DNA from: Mobula birostris
Lineage: Eukaryota
Assembly (NCBI RefSeq): GCF_030028105.1
Contig: NC_092384.1
Location: 34,913,553 to 34,977,552, forward strand
DNA: 64,000 nt
Direction of reading: 5' to 3'
The position numbers and the translations under genes were made by a program. The stretch's first letter is position 1. Every line of letters begins with the position of its first letter. Positions 35,729 to 47,352 of this stretch are shown here, piece by piece. Under the pieces are notes generated by a model, which was not told the DNA's origin, ran no database searches, and saw nothing but the letters and a program-made list of their open reading frames with translations.

Positions 35729-38560
35729 TTAGGGCCGCTGTAGTGGTGCCTGGTGTCCGCCCCGTCGTACAAAAAGAAACTTACAGTTCTGCAGGTCTTT
35801 GGGTACGCAGGTCGGGCTCTGTCCGTGCTGTGAAGTGGGTATGGGGGCCAGGTTACCGAGCCTCTCCCGTAGTCTGTCCAGGACTGCTGTGGGTTCCTCC
35901 TCTTGCCCCCTTGGAGCCGGTATGAACTCTCCTGGGACTACCAGGGGTGCGCCGTACACCAACTTGGCCAACGAGGTGTGCAGATCATCCTTGGGCGCCG
36001 TGCGGTTTCCAAGCAGGACCCAAGGAAGTTCGTCCACCCAGTTAGGTCCTTCCAGGCAGGCCATGCGAGCCGATTTCATGTGACGGTGGAAACGCTCCAC
36101 TAGTCCGTTCGACTGTGGGTGGTAGGCAGTTGTGTGGTGTAGCTGTGATTCTAAAAGGCTGGCCATAGCTGACCACAGGCTGGAGGTGAACTGGGCACCT
36201 CTGTCAGAGGTAATGTGGGCTGGTACCCTGAAGCGTGCTACCCAGGTTGCGATCAGTGCTCGGGCGCAGGATTCGGAGGTGGTGTCGGTGAGCGGGACTG
36301 CCTCTGACCATCTGGTGAACCGGTCTATCATAGTTAGAAGGTACCGTGCTCCTTCTGACACTGGCAGGGGCCCCACGATATCCACATGAATGTGGGCGAA
36401 CCTCCGGCGGGTGGGTTCAAACTGCTGCGTCGGAGCCTTGGTGTGCCGCTGCACCTTGGCCGTTTGGCACTGCATGCGCGTTTTGGCCCATTCACTGATC
36501 TGTTTATGAAGTCCATGCCACACGAACCTGTTGGTGACCAGCCAGACGGTTGTCCTGATGGAGGGGTGTGCTAAGTTGTGAATGGACTTGAAAACTCGCT
36601 GCCGCCAGATTGTTGGGACGACGGGGTGGGGTTGGCCGGTAGCTACATCATACAGTAGGGTCCTCTCACCTGGGCCTACGGGGAGGTCTTGGAGCTGCAA
36701 ACCGGAGACAGTAGTCCTGTAACTGGGGATCTCAGCGTCTGCCTGCTGTGCCTCTGCCAGCGCTGCATAGTCCACCCCCTGGGACAGGGTCTGTATGGTA
36801 GATCTGGATAGTGCGTCCGCCACGATGTTGTCCTTTCCAGAGACAGGCCGGATGTCCATCGTGTACTCGGAGATGTAGGACAGATGTCGCTGCTGGCGGG
36901 ACGACCAGGGGTCGGACACCTTAGTGAACACAAAGGTAAGTGGTTTGTGGTCTGTAAACGCAGTGAAGGGCCTACCTTCTAAGAAGTATCTGAAATGCCG
37001 GATTGCCAGGTATAGTGCAAATAGCTCCCAGTTGAAAGCACTGTATTTGAGTTCGGGTGGTCGTAGGTGTTTGCTGAAGAACGCCAGGGGTTGCCAGCGA
37101 CCCTCGATGCGTTGCTCCAGCACTCCACTGACTGCTGTGTTGGATGCATCCACCGTGAGGGCAGTAGGAACGTCCGATCTGGGGTGCACTAGCATCCAAG
37201 GTTTCTTTGGTTTTAACGAAAGCAGCCGCAGCCTCTTTGTCCCAGGTAATGTCCTTCCTTTACCCGACATCAGGGTGAACAGGGGGCGCATGATTCAGGC
37301 TGCTGAGGGGAGGAAACGGTGGTAGAAGTTCACCATACCCACGAATTCCTGCAGGCCTTTAGTTGTGTTGGGTCGGGGGAAGTGGCGGACCGTGTCTACC
37401 TTGGCCGGCAAAGGGGTTGCCCCGTCTCTAGTAATCCTGTGGCCCAGGACAGTCGATAGTGTCGAGTCTGAACTGGCATTTGGCCGGGTTGATTGTAAGG
37501 CCAAATTCGCTCAGTCGGGTGTAGACTTGACGGAGGTGGGACAGATGGTCCTGACGACTACTGCTGGCTATGAGGATGTCGTCCAAATAGATGAATGCAA
37601 AGTCCAGGTTGCATCCCACTGCGTCCATTAGCCGCTGGAAAGTTTGTGCGGCATTCTTTAGGCCAAATGGCATTCGGAGGAATTCAAAAAGTCCGAACAG
37701 GGTGATGAGTGCTATTTTGGGGATGTCATCTGGATATACCGGGATTTGATGGTATCCCTGGACTTGGTCTACCTTGGAAAAGATTCTTGCGCCATGTAGG
37801 TTTGCTGCAGTCTTGAATGTGCGGCACAGGGTAGTGGTCTGGTGTTGTAGCCTCGTTCAGCCTGCGGTAGTCGCCACATGGTCTCCAGCCCTCCGTTGCC
37901 TTGGGCACCATGTGTAGGGGGGAGGCCCATGGGCTGTCGGACTGTCGTATGATCCCCAATTCCTCCATCTTCTTGAACTCCTCCTTCACCAGTCGGAGCT
38001 TGTCCGGGGGGAGCCTTCGAGCACGGGCATGGAGGGGTGGTCCCTGGGTCAGGATGTGATGCTGTACTCCATGTCTGGGCATGGCTGCTGTGAACTGCTG
38101 TGTCAGAACTGATGGGAAAACTGCCAGGACCCTGGTGAATTCGTCGTCGGATAGCGTGATGGAGTCCAGGTGTGGGGCTGGCAACTTGGCTTCACTCAGG
38201 GAGAACGTTTGAAAAGTCTTGGCGTGGACTAGTTGCTTCCCTTGCAGGTCGACCAGCAGGCTGTGGACTCGCAGAAAATCCGCCCCCAGGAGTGGTTGGG
38301 CCACGGCGGCCAGTGTGAAGTCCCACGTGAACCGGCTAGAGCTGAACTGTAGCCGCACCGTGCGGATGCTGTAGGTTCGTATTGTGCTGCCATTTGCGGC
38401 CCTCAGGGTGGGTCCCGGTTCTCTGTTGTGGGTGTCGTAACTCGTTGGAGGTAAGATGCTGATCTCCGCTCCGGTGTCGACCAAAAAACGGTGTCCTGAC
38501 TGCTTGTCCCAGACGTACAGGAGGCTGTCCTGATGGCCAGCCACCGTAGCCATCAGTGGC
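35729..38560 (-). pseudogene. Gypsy pol (protease, RT, RNase H, integrase), frameshifted
   Basis: FLVDTGAEISILP; SPWASPLHMVPK, RPCGDYRRLN; MPFGLKNAAQTFQR, YLDD; VDAS, YSAF..EL, FTDHKPL; HHCC-type region, HVDIVGPL, SDRG.QF, AYHPQSNGLVERFH. Confidence 0.95.
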
Positions 38561-39257
38561 GGCTGGCCCTGGCATTTCCTGGGAATTGCAGGGTTGTCTG
38601 CAATGGCGGGCCTCTGTGCCCCACTGCTGGTGGTAGAAGCACCATTGTTTGTTGGGCTCCTCACTCCCGTCACCGGGTTTTGTAGGCTCTGCTGCCGGGC
38701 CTGGTCTGGTCTGCCGTTGAGCTCGCGGCTTGGTGATCTGTGCGACGGACGCCCCTCTCTCCTTCTTGGCGTTCCACAGCACATCTGCTCGGGCCGTCAC
38801 CTCCCAGGGGATCGCTGAAATCTGCGTCGGACAGCAGCAGGCATATGTCCTCGGGCAGTTACTCTAGGAACGCCTGCTCAAACATGAGGCAGGGTTTGTA
38901 TCCTTCAGCCAGGGCCAGCATTTCATTCATTAATGCCAACGGTGGCCTGTCTTCCAAACCATCCAGGTGCAGTAAGCGGGCAGCTCGTTCACGCCGTGAG
39001 AGTCCGAAAGTCCTTATGAGCAGGGCTTTGAATGCTGTGTATTTGCCGTCCTCCGGGGGCGACTGTATAAACTCCTCAACTTGTGCAACTGTCTCCTGGT
39101 CGAGTGAGCTCAGCATGTAGTAGTAGCGAGTGGACTCCAAGGTTATCTGCCGAATGTGGAATGGTGCTTCTGCTTGTTCGAACCATAAGCGGGGTCGCAG
39201 CGTCCAGAAGCTTGGTAGTTTTAATGAAACTGCGTGAACAGATGCGGCATTGGTCAT
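38560..39257 (-). pseudogene. Gypsy gag, broken by a stop
   Basis: MTNAASVHAVSLKLPSFW...WFEQAEA.F...; WCFYHQQWG..ARHCRQPC cysteine/histidine motif. Confidence 0.85.
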
Positions 39258-39281
39258 CTGTGTTTCAAATATTGTTTGGAC

Positions 39282-39295
39282 CGTCGGGGTCACCA
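39282..39295 (-). promoter_or_regulatory. Primer-binding site complementary to tRNA-Trp
   Basis: TGGTGACCCCGACG, 2 nt inside the 5' LTR boundary; matches the first 14 nt of the canonical tRNA-Trp PBS TGGTGACCCCGACGTGAT. Confidence 0.85.
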
Positions 39296-39602
39296 ATTGT
39301 AGCGGTGTGCTACACACAGCGCTAGAATAACGACATGTAGTCGGTGAGTTGGAGTTGAGATAAAAGAGATTTATTCAAACTTCGCGGCCTCCTTTAAAGC
39401 CTTCCCATTTTCCCCCCTCCCTGGGTGAGACTGCTGTGGGGAATGAATATTCGCAGACCCTTCCCACGCGCTGGATTTTCCCCCTGCTGGTGAAGATAGC
39501 CTGGCGCCCTTTTTGGGGCCGGCCTCTCTGCCGGCGCGCGCCGGTTTGTGTGTGCTAGAAAGTGGGTCACCACACTACCATCTTTTCCTACTATATATCC
39601 TA

Positions 39603-41660
39603 AAACCATAAGACCATAATATATAGGAACAGAATTAGGCCTTTTAGCCCACGAAGTCTGCTCTACCATTTTAACATGGCTGATCCAATTTTCCTGTCAA
39701 CACCAATCTCCCGCCTTCTCCAGAAATTCCCTCATGCCCTGATCAATCAAGATCTATCAACCTCTGCCTTAAATGTACATAAATACTTGGCTTCCGCAGC
39801 TGCCTGTGGCAAAGAATTCCTTGGATTCACCATTCTCTGGCAAAATAAATTTTTCCTCATCTCTAGTGTAAAAGGACATCCCTCTATTCTGAGGCTGTGT
39901 CATCTGGTCTTAGACTCTCCCACTATAGGAAACAGCCTTTCCTTAACCACCCTATCAAGGCCTTTCACCATTTGATAGGTTCCAATTAGGTCACCTTTCA
40001 TTCTTCTGAAATCCAGTGAATTCAGGCCCAGAGCCATCAAATGCTCTTCATATCAGAAGATATTTAATCCTGGCATTATTTTCGTGAACCTTCTTTGGAC
40101 CCTCTCCAGTTTCAGCACATCTAAGGGGTCCAAAACTGCTCACGTTACTCCAAGTGAGGCCTCACTAGTGCTTTATAGTCTCAACATTGCATCCTTGCTT
40201 TTATATTCTTGTCCTCTTGAAATGAATGCTAACATTGCAATTGCCTTCATTACCACAGATTCCACCTTCAAATTAGCCTTTAGGAAACCTGCACAAGGAC
40301 CCCCAAATCCCTTTGTGCCTCATATTTTTGTATTTTCTCTCCATTTAGAAAATAGTCAATCCTTTTATTTCGTCTACCATAGTGCATGACCATACACTTC
40401 CTGCCACTGTATTCCATCTGCAACTTTATTGCCCATTTTCCTAATCTGTCTAAGCCCTTCTGTAGCCTCTCTGCTTTCTCAAAACTACCTGCCCATCTAC
40501 CGATCTTCATATCATTTGCAAACTTTGCAATAAAGCCATCAATTCCATCATCCAAATCATTGACACCTAACGTAAAAGACATTGGTCGGAACACAGACCC
40601 CTGTGGATCACCATTAGTCACTGGCAACCAACCAGAAAAGACTCCCTTTATTCTCACTCTTTGCTGCCTGCCAATCAGCCCCTGCTTTATCCATGCTGGA
40701 ATCTTTCCTGTAATACCATGGGCTCATAGCCTGTTAGGCAGCTTCATGTGTGGCATCTTATCAAAGGCTTTCTGAAAATCCAAGAACACAACATCAATTG
40801 ATTCTCCTTTGTCTATCCTGCTCCTTATTTCTTCAAAGAATTCCAACATATTCTTCTGGCAAGATTTTCCCTTGAGGAAACCATGCTGATGACAGCCTAT
40901 TTTATCATGTGCCTGCAAATACCCCAAAACCATACCCTTAACAATTTACTCCAACATCTTCCCAACCACTGAGGTTAGACTAACTGACCTATAATTTCCT
41001 TTCTTCTGCTTCTCTCCCTTCCAAAAGAGTGGAGTGATATCTGCAATTTTCAAGTCCTCCAAACCATTCCAGAATCTAGTAATTCTTGAAAGATCATTAC
41101 TAATGCCTCTAAAATCTCTTCAGAGCCCTGAGGTTTACACCATCTAGTTCACAAGAGCCTTCTCTCTAGTGATGGTAACTTCTCACATTTCATGACCCCT
41201 GACACCTGGCACTTCCACTATACTGTTAGCGCCTTCCACAGTGAAGACTGATGCAAAATACTTACTCAGCCTGTCCACCATTTCCTTCTCCTCCATTACT
41301 ACCTCTCCAGCATTATTTTCCAGTGGTCCGATATCCACTCGTGCCTCTTTTTTACACTTTATGTATCTGAAGAAAGTTTTGATATCCTCTTTAATATTAT
41401 TGGCTAGCTTACTTTCATATTCCATCTTTACCTTCTTATTGACCTTTTTAGTTGCCTTCTGTTGGTATTTTAAAACTTTCCAATTTTCTATCTTCCCACT
41501 AATTTTTGCTATATTATATGTCCTCTCTTTGGTTTTTATCTTGGCTTTGACTCATTAGCCTTGCTAGCCATGGTTATGTCATCTTGCCTTTAGAATATTT
41601 CTTCCTGTTTGGGAAGTACAGTATGTACTCTAGGCTGTGCCTTCAAAATTGCTTCCAAAT
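39603..41660 (-). mobile_element. CR1 LINE ORF2 region
   Basis: ORFs 41183-41425, 40724-40933 (QHGFLKGKSC...LDFQKAFDK), 40280-40657 (PQGSV...AKFANDMK); accataagaccataa tail. Confidence 0.92.
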
Positions 41661-42086
41661 TTTGTACATTTTACCGCAAATAGCAAGTAATGAGCGCCAC
41701 AGGCCTGCTTTGAACAACTCGCCTGCAGGTACATTTAATACAGCCGCAGGGACTGCAGACACAAACATTACACTGGTCATCATTCCACATGTCATACAAT
41801 TTTGAATATAATCGTATGCATGTTATGAGCACAAGATGGTCTGCACTATATCTACACTAGCAATGGTCTCACGGCTGCCATAAAGAGGCTATATTTTTAA
41901 TGTGTCCTGGATTGATGCCTGGTATATAATTAGGCTCATTTATAATGAAAATAGAAGTCTATACAGAAATTTAACAACATTCCCTCAGGAATTGTTGTTC
42001 ACCTATTGGCTGGCAACTGACAGAATCAGGCTTAATATCACTGGCATATGTCATAAAATTTGGTGTTTTGTGGCTGCAATACAGCG

Positions 42087-42829
42087 CGAACCAGTCGGCC
42101 ATCAGTTACCTTGTTGCCCTGTCAAGTTAAGTATCTGTTCTCCCTTGTTTTGTGGCCCCCTCAAGGCTTGTTATTTTGCAGTTTATTAGTAAAATACCAT
42201 TTACTGCTAAATTGTCTCTGCTGCTCTGCTTTTGGGTTAAGCATCCTCCACATCTCCTGACAGGATGAGTGAACCAGCGATTGACCCAACAGGATTTGCT
42301 TGCCTCAGGGAAGTCGCCCATTGACAGGAGCATATTATACCGAAGTAGTAGGAAAACATTAACTGCTCTCAACCAATTCTCTGTATCAATACAGCAACCC
42401 CATGCAGTCAACCTCCTCCATCAGAACCCCAGATTCTGGAGCCTTTTGATGGATCCCCAATCCAATGCTGCAGCTTTCTGTCCTAGTCCTTGTCTGGTGG
42501 CCACCCATAGGACGGGGGAGGGATCCTATCAGGCCTGCACAGACAGGGACCTCACAGTTTCCACCTAGCTAACAGGAACAGCCTGTGATGCGTTTCCAAC
42601 TCAGCACCTGCAGCCTATTTAAACCCAACTCTCATCCACATTCCTTGCTCGCTCATACGAACCAGTCTTCAGTAACCTTACTACCCTGTCATGTTAAGTA
42701 TTTGTTCTCTCTTGTTTTGTTGGCCTGTCCACGGCTTGTTATTTTGCAGTTTGTCAGCAAAATACCGCTTACTGCTAAATCATCTCCACTGCTCTGCTTT
42801 GGGTCAAGCCTCCTCTACTTTTCCTGACA
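42087..42829 (+). mobile_element. Internally deleted (TRIM-like) Gypsy derivative: truncated LTR 42087-42262, ~265-bp interior, LTR 42527-42829
   Basis: Two diverged copies of ...gttaagtat.tgttct...cttgttttg...tactgctaaat...ctctgcttt.ggt.aagc.tcctc...cctgaca; purine tract gacgggggaggg before the second LTR; t(a/g)tcagg...cctgaca termini. Confidence 0.65.
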
Positions 42830-43561
42830 ACAGGAGGACTCTGACAGTTAATCATTGCAGAGGAATTCACTTGCTCCATCTTCGGTGGTTAATTATTTCT
42901 GCTCTAGTTTATCCTTCATCCCATGCACAATTCTCCTGTCAGTCTCCTGTTTTGTGCATTTATTCTCAGCTACCATGTAACTCTGGTTGGACTTTTGACA
43001 TAGAGATTGATTCATATGCTTGCATTCCTGGTAATAAAATACAGATATTACTTTCTCTTGAGCAAATCCATAGCCCCATGTTGAACTTTGCTTGGGCAAT
43101 GTGTGGAATGTGTTCCAAATTCATCATGACCAATATTGCATTTCTAATGAAATACATCTATTCCCTAACGTTTCTACTGGGGCCATTCTTGTTGAAGCCC
43201 TGGTAAAGACAGTAATGTAAAGCATAAGTCCATCTTATTCCAATTTCTGGTGCTTCTAAATTAGTTTTTCTATAAGTCATCCTCTGGTGAATATTTTGGG
43301 TTAGATTACCAGGAGAAATCGCAAATGGCGTCAATTCAGGAAAGGAGTGCTAAGAAGCGATGAAAAAGATTAAGGAAAGCAAAAGATAACAAAACACTGC
43401 ACTTTCTATACTGATATAAAATCTTATTTGGTTTCCTCGGGGGAAAACTTGCTTTGGATATCTGTTTATCTCTTCTCTGGCCCAAATGTAACTCAAACAG
43501 GGCATAGAAATATACATATTTTACAGCTAACACATAGGTGGTTTGTAAATCATGTTTTTCA

Positions 43562-43821
43562 TCCGGCTTGTGGCGTAGTGGCATCAGCGCCGGACTTTGG
43601 GACGAAAGGACCCGAGTTCAAATCCAGCCGGCTCCCCTGCATGCTTTCCATCCGTGCTGGGTTACGAGCTGGTGATCTCTTTGGAAACTCACCTGGCAGA
43701 AGGCAATGGCAAACCACTGCTGTAACTTGCCTCGTTCGTGGTTCCCCACTACGCCAGAGAGGCGTGGAGGGAAATTGTCCACTAACCGGAGAAACTCTGG
43801 ATGCGACGTACCTTTCCTTTT
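43562..43821 (+). mobile_element. tRNA-derived SINE with RTE-type body
   Basis: A box TGGCGTAGTGG, B box GAGTTCAAATCC, gaaggcaatggcaaaccact (RTE/Bov-A-like motif), cctttccttt tail. Confidence 0.8.
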
Positions 43822-43839
43822 ATTCAGATGCACAGGAGT

Positions 43840-44350
43840 ATAAGACAGCAGAGTTGCAGAGATACATGGACTCTGCACAATACATCACAGGCACGTCCTG
43901 CTCCACCACAAGCAGTATCCACAGCAGGCATTGCCTCAGAAAGGCAACACTTCTACGTCAAAGATCCCCACCATCCAAGCCATGCCATCTTTTCACAGCT
44001 ATCACTGGGCAGGAGGTACAGAAGCATGAAGTCCCGCATCACCATGTTCAAGAACAGCTACTTCCCCATCAACCATTTGTTCCTTGAATCAACGGACACA
44101 ATGCTAATCACTGCAGTTTAGCAACACTATGAACATTTCGTACTAAAATGGACTTTGTTTATTCAGCTTAACTTTGTCTTCTTGAGGAAAAAAATACATA
44201 TATAATTCGTGTTTAAGGACTGTTTTTCTTGTGGATGCAGGCTTAATGATGCTACCTGCCTCTGATGCTGCCTCAGGTTTAAGTTTTTCTTTGCATATGT
44301 TCATGCATATACTTGTGCTTATGACAATGAACTCAACTCTGACTTTGACA
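43840..44350 (+). mobile_element. Rex1/Babar 3' fragment
   Basis: KDPHHPSHAIFSQLSLGRRYRSMKSRITMFKNSYFP in ORF 43801-44121. Confidence 0.8.
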
Positions 44351-46269
44351 TTACCTGTCTATGAACATAAGAATTTACTGAGCCCCTCCATCTACATCAG
44401 TTTCTATTATTTGGAAATCTTCTGTAATTTATTTATTCAGCCATCCCAATAGCTATAGCTTATACAAATAGATGAACTAAGAGCAATTGTAGGCCATTGG
44501 TGCTCTTAAGCCTGATCTGACATTCAAAAAGATCACAGTTGATCAGCTGGTAACCTCATCTCTGCTCTGTCATTTAACCAAGCAAATTACTGCCCCTCGT
44601 TAACCGAGTATTTTTCTAACTCTGCCATGAAAGTATTCAAGGAGTTTATTTTTACCGCCGTTTGAAGAAAGTTCCTAGGACACATACCCCTCCGTGAGAA
44701 AGAAAATTGCCATATTTTTTCACTTATAGGAACGCATTTATTTTTAAAAGAGTAATCCCAACTTTTAGATTCTCCCACAAGAATAAATATTTTTACAACC
44801 TGTCAAATTTCATTTGTTAACATACCTGTAACGTACCATGGGACTTTTCCCCTGTGTTGATACTATATTGAAACAAGTTGTGTTTATGCATTTCAGAAGT
44901 ACAAATTTAATCAGAATAGCATGAAACATGTTACTTTCTTCCTTTCATTTTTAAGGCACTGTATACTCCATCATGAATAAAGTTCAGCATTTATTAAATC
45001 CTTGCAAAAAGGAAAGCCATCAATTTTACAGTATATAACCAAATAGAACGTAATCAAGCTCATACTTTCTGACTTGAGGACAAATCAATTAATTACATTT
45101 CTATCAGCATTACATGTTCTAATTGATCAGTGCAGTCATGGTTTGATATCTCTGTTCATGCCTGCTTTTTTTTTGGCAGATCATAATAGACCATATCCTA
45201 AATTAAAATTGATATGTAAGAAGTGAAGCAAAGGCTTCTTGAGCACAATTAACACCAAATGCAGGTCATTACTCAATACTATATGGGCACATTGAATCCA
45301 AACCATAGGTTGTCAACAAGTATGACTTGGGCTGGTTAGGAAGTTCAGCTATTTATATTAAACTCTATCTTGCGGTCTGGTAATATATTTAAGGATGATC
45401 ATTTGACTAGGAGAATATGGAGAAATAAATCAATTATGATTGATTTCTTGAAATGGTGCAGAGATGACCAGGCTACTTCTTGGATTATGTATAACAAAAC
45501 CATTTTGCTTATCCGTTCTGAGAGTGCCACTTTTAACATAATTGTGGCAGTACAGCTAATTAGATATTACATAGCAGTACCAGCAATGGGATTTTTATAA
45601 TGTGAGTAAATGAATCATTTATAAAATAAGATTAAAAATCAGCTTTCCCTAACTGCTGCAGTGGTTTCAAAATGATGCTTAGGGTCATGCTAATTAAAAG
45701 TCTCTTTCAATGATCCACCTCACTTCCTCATATCATTGGGAGAAACCTTGGATACAATTTTCAAATAGTTATCTTTCCTTGATCTTTATAAATATAAAAA
45801 AGGTTTACTTTAGAAATGAATAAGACTTTTATCTCATGATTTTCATAGACAAACTTACAATTTATATTCAGAAAGCAAAATACTGCACCCACTGAAGACT
45901 GGAAATAAGAACAAACTCCTGGAAACACTGCAAGTGAAGCAGCAGCTGAAGGGAGAATAACAGAGCAAACTTTTCAAATCCGTATCTTTTCTTCAAAGGA
46001 TTTCTTTCCGGTTACCATACTGAACTATTGTCTCTGTTCTTCCCTGCATAGATTCAGTCCAGTTACTGACTGTGGATTTTGCATTTGGGTTTCATCTGGG
46101 TCCTTGAATTTCCTCCCATATCTCTGAGATGTACAGTTTGATCACCTATTTGGCCACTGTATTCTATCTCTAGTGTGTAGATGAGTGGTGAAATCTTGGG
46201 GGTTGTTGATGGAAATGCTGGGAGAATAACATAAGATGACTGTTTATGAGTGGTTGATTGTCAACATAA

Positions 46270-47352
46270 AGTTCAAAGTTCAAAGTAGTTCAAAGTAAAA
46301 TTTATTATCAGAATACATACATGTCACCACATACAACCCTGAGATTCTTTTTTCTGTGGACATACTTAGCAAATCTATAGAAGAGTAACTGTAAACTGTA
46401 AACAAACTGTGCAAATGCAGATATAAATAAATAGCAATACATAACAAGCATGAAATAACAATATAACAGAGCCCTTAAATGAACGTAGTTATTTCCTTTT
46501 GTTCAAGAGCCTGATGGTTGAGGGGTAGTAACAGTTCTTGAGCCTGGTGGTGTGAGTCCTGAGGCACCTGTCCCTTCTACCTGATTGCAGCAGCAAGGAA
46601 AAAACATGTCCTGGGTGGTGGGCATCTTTGATGATAGATGCTGCTTTTCTATGGTAACGTTTCATGTAGATGTGTTCAATGACTGTGTTGTACTGGGCCT
46701 AATCCACTATCTTTTGTAGAATTTTCCACTCAAAGGCACTGGTGTTCCCATACCGGCCATAATGCAGCCAGTCAGCACACTTTCCACCACACGTCTATAG
46801 AAGTTTGCCAAGGTTTTCTATGACATTCTGAACATTGGCAAATTCCTAAGGAAGTAGAGGTGTTGTCTTCACAATTATATTTATATGATGTGTCCAGGAC
46901 AGGTCCTCTGAGCTTGTGACACACATGAATTTAAAGTTACTAACACCCAACCTCTGATCCTCTGATAATTACTGGCTCATGGACCTCCGATTTCCTTCTC
47001 TTGAAGTCTACAATCAGTTCCTTTGTTTAAATTACTTTGAGTGAGAGGTTATTGTTATTACACCACTCAGCCAAATTTTCAATCTCCCTCCTGTATGTTG
47101 ATTCGTCACCCCCTTTGACACAGCCCACGACAGTGGTGTCATCAGCAAACTTGTATATGGTGTTGGAGCTGTACTTAGCCCCACAGTCACAGGTGTAAAG
47201 CGAGTAGAGGAGGGGGCTAAGTACACATCTCTGTTGTGCTCCTATGCTGATGGAGATTGTGGAGGGGAATCTGGGGTCTACAAGTGAGGAAATCCAGGAT
47301 CCTATTGCAAAATGGGGTATTGAGGCCCAAATCATGGAGTTTACTGATTAGT
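46270..47352 (-). mobile_element. Rex1/Babar LINE fragment
   Basis: ORF 47027-47335 ([12 protein letters not shown]...YKFADDTTVVG...EWCNNNNLSL); (aagttca)n tail. Confidence 0.88.

Larger units (their letters stand above)
35226..39574 (-). mobile_element. Full-length decayed Ty3/Gypsy LTR retrotransposon
   Basis: LTRs 35226-35501 and 39298-39574 (TG...CA, ~90% identical by eye); TSD CTAC; PPT-like G-rich tract at 35502-35519; gag-PR-RT-RH-IN order with frameshifts and stops. Confidence 0.97.

Noticed and set aside
43428-44087. 219-aa ORF and tRNA-like sequence
   Set aside because: The ORF is a chance read-through of SINE and Rex1 pieces; the tRNA-like head is a SINE without a complete cloverleaf.
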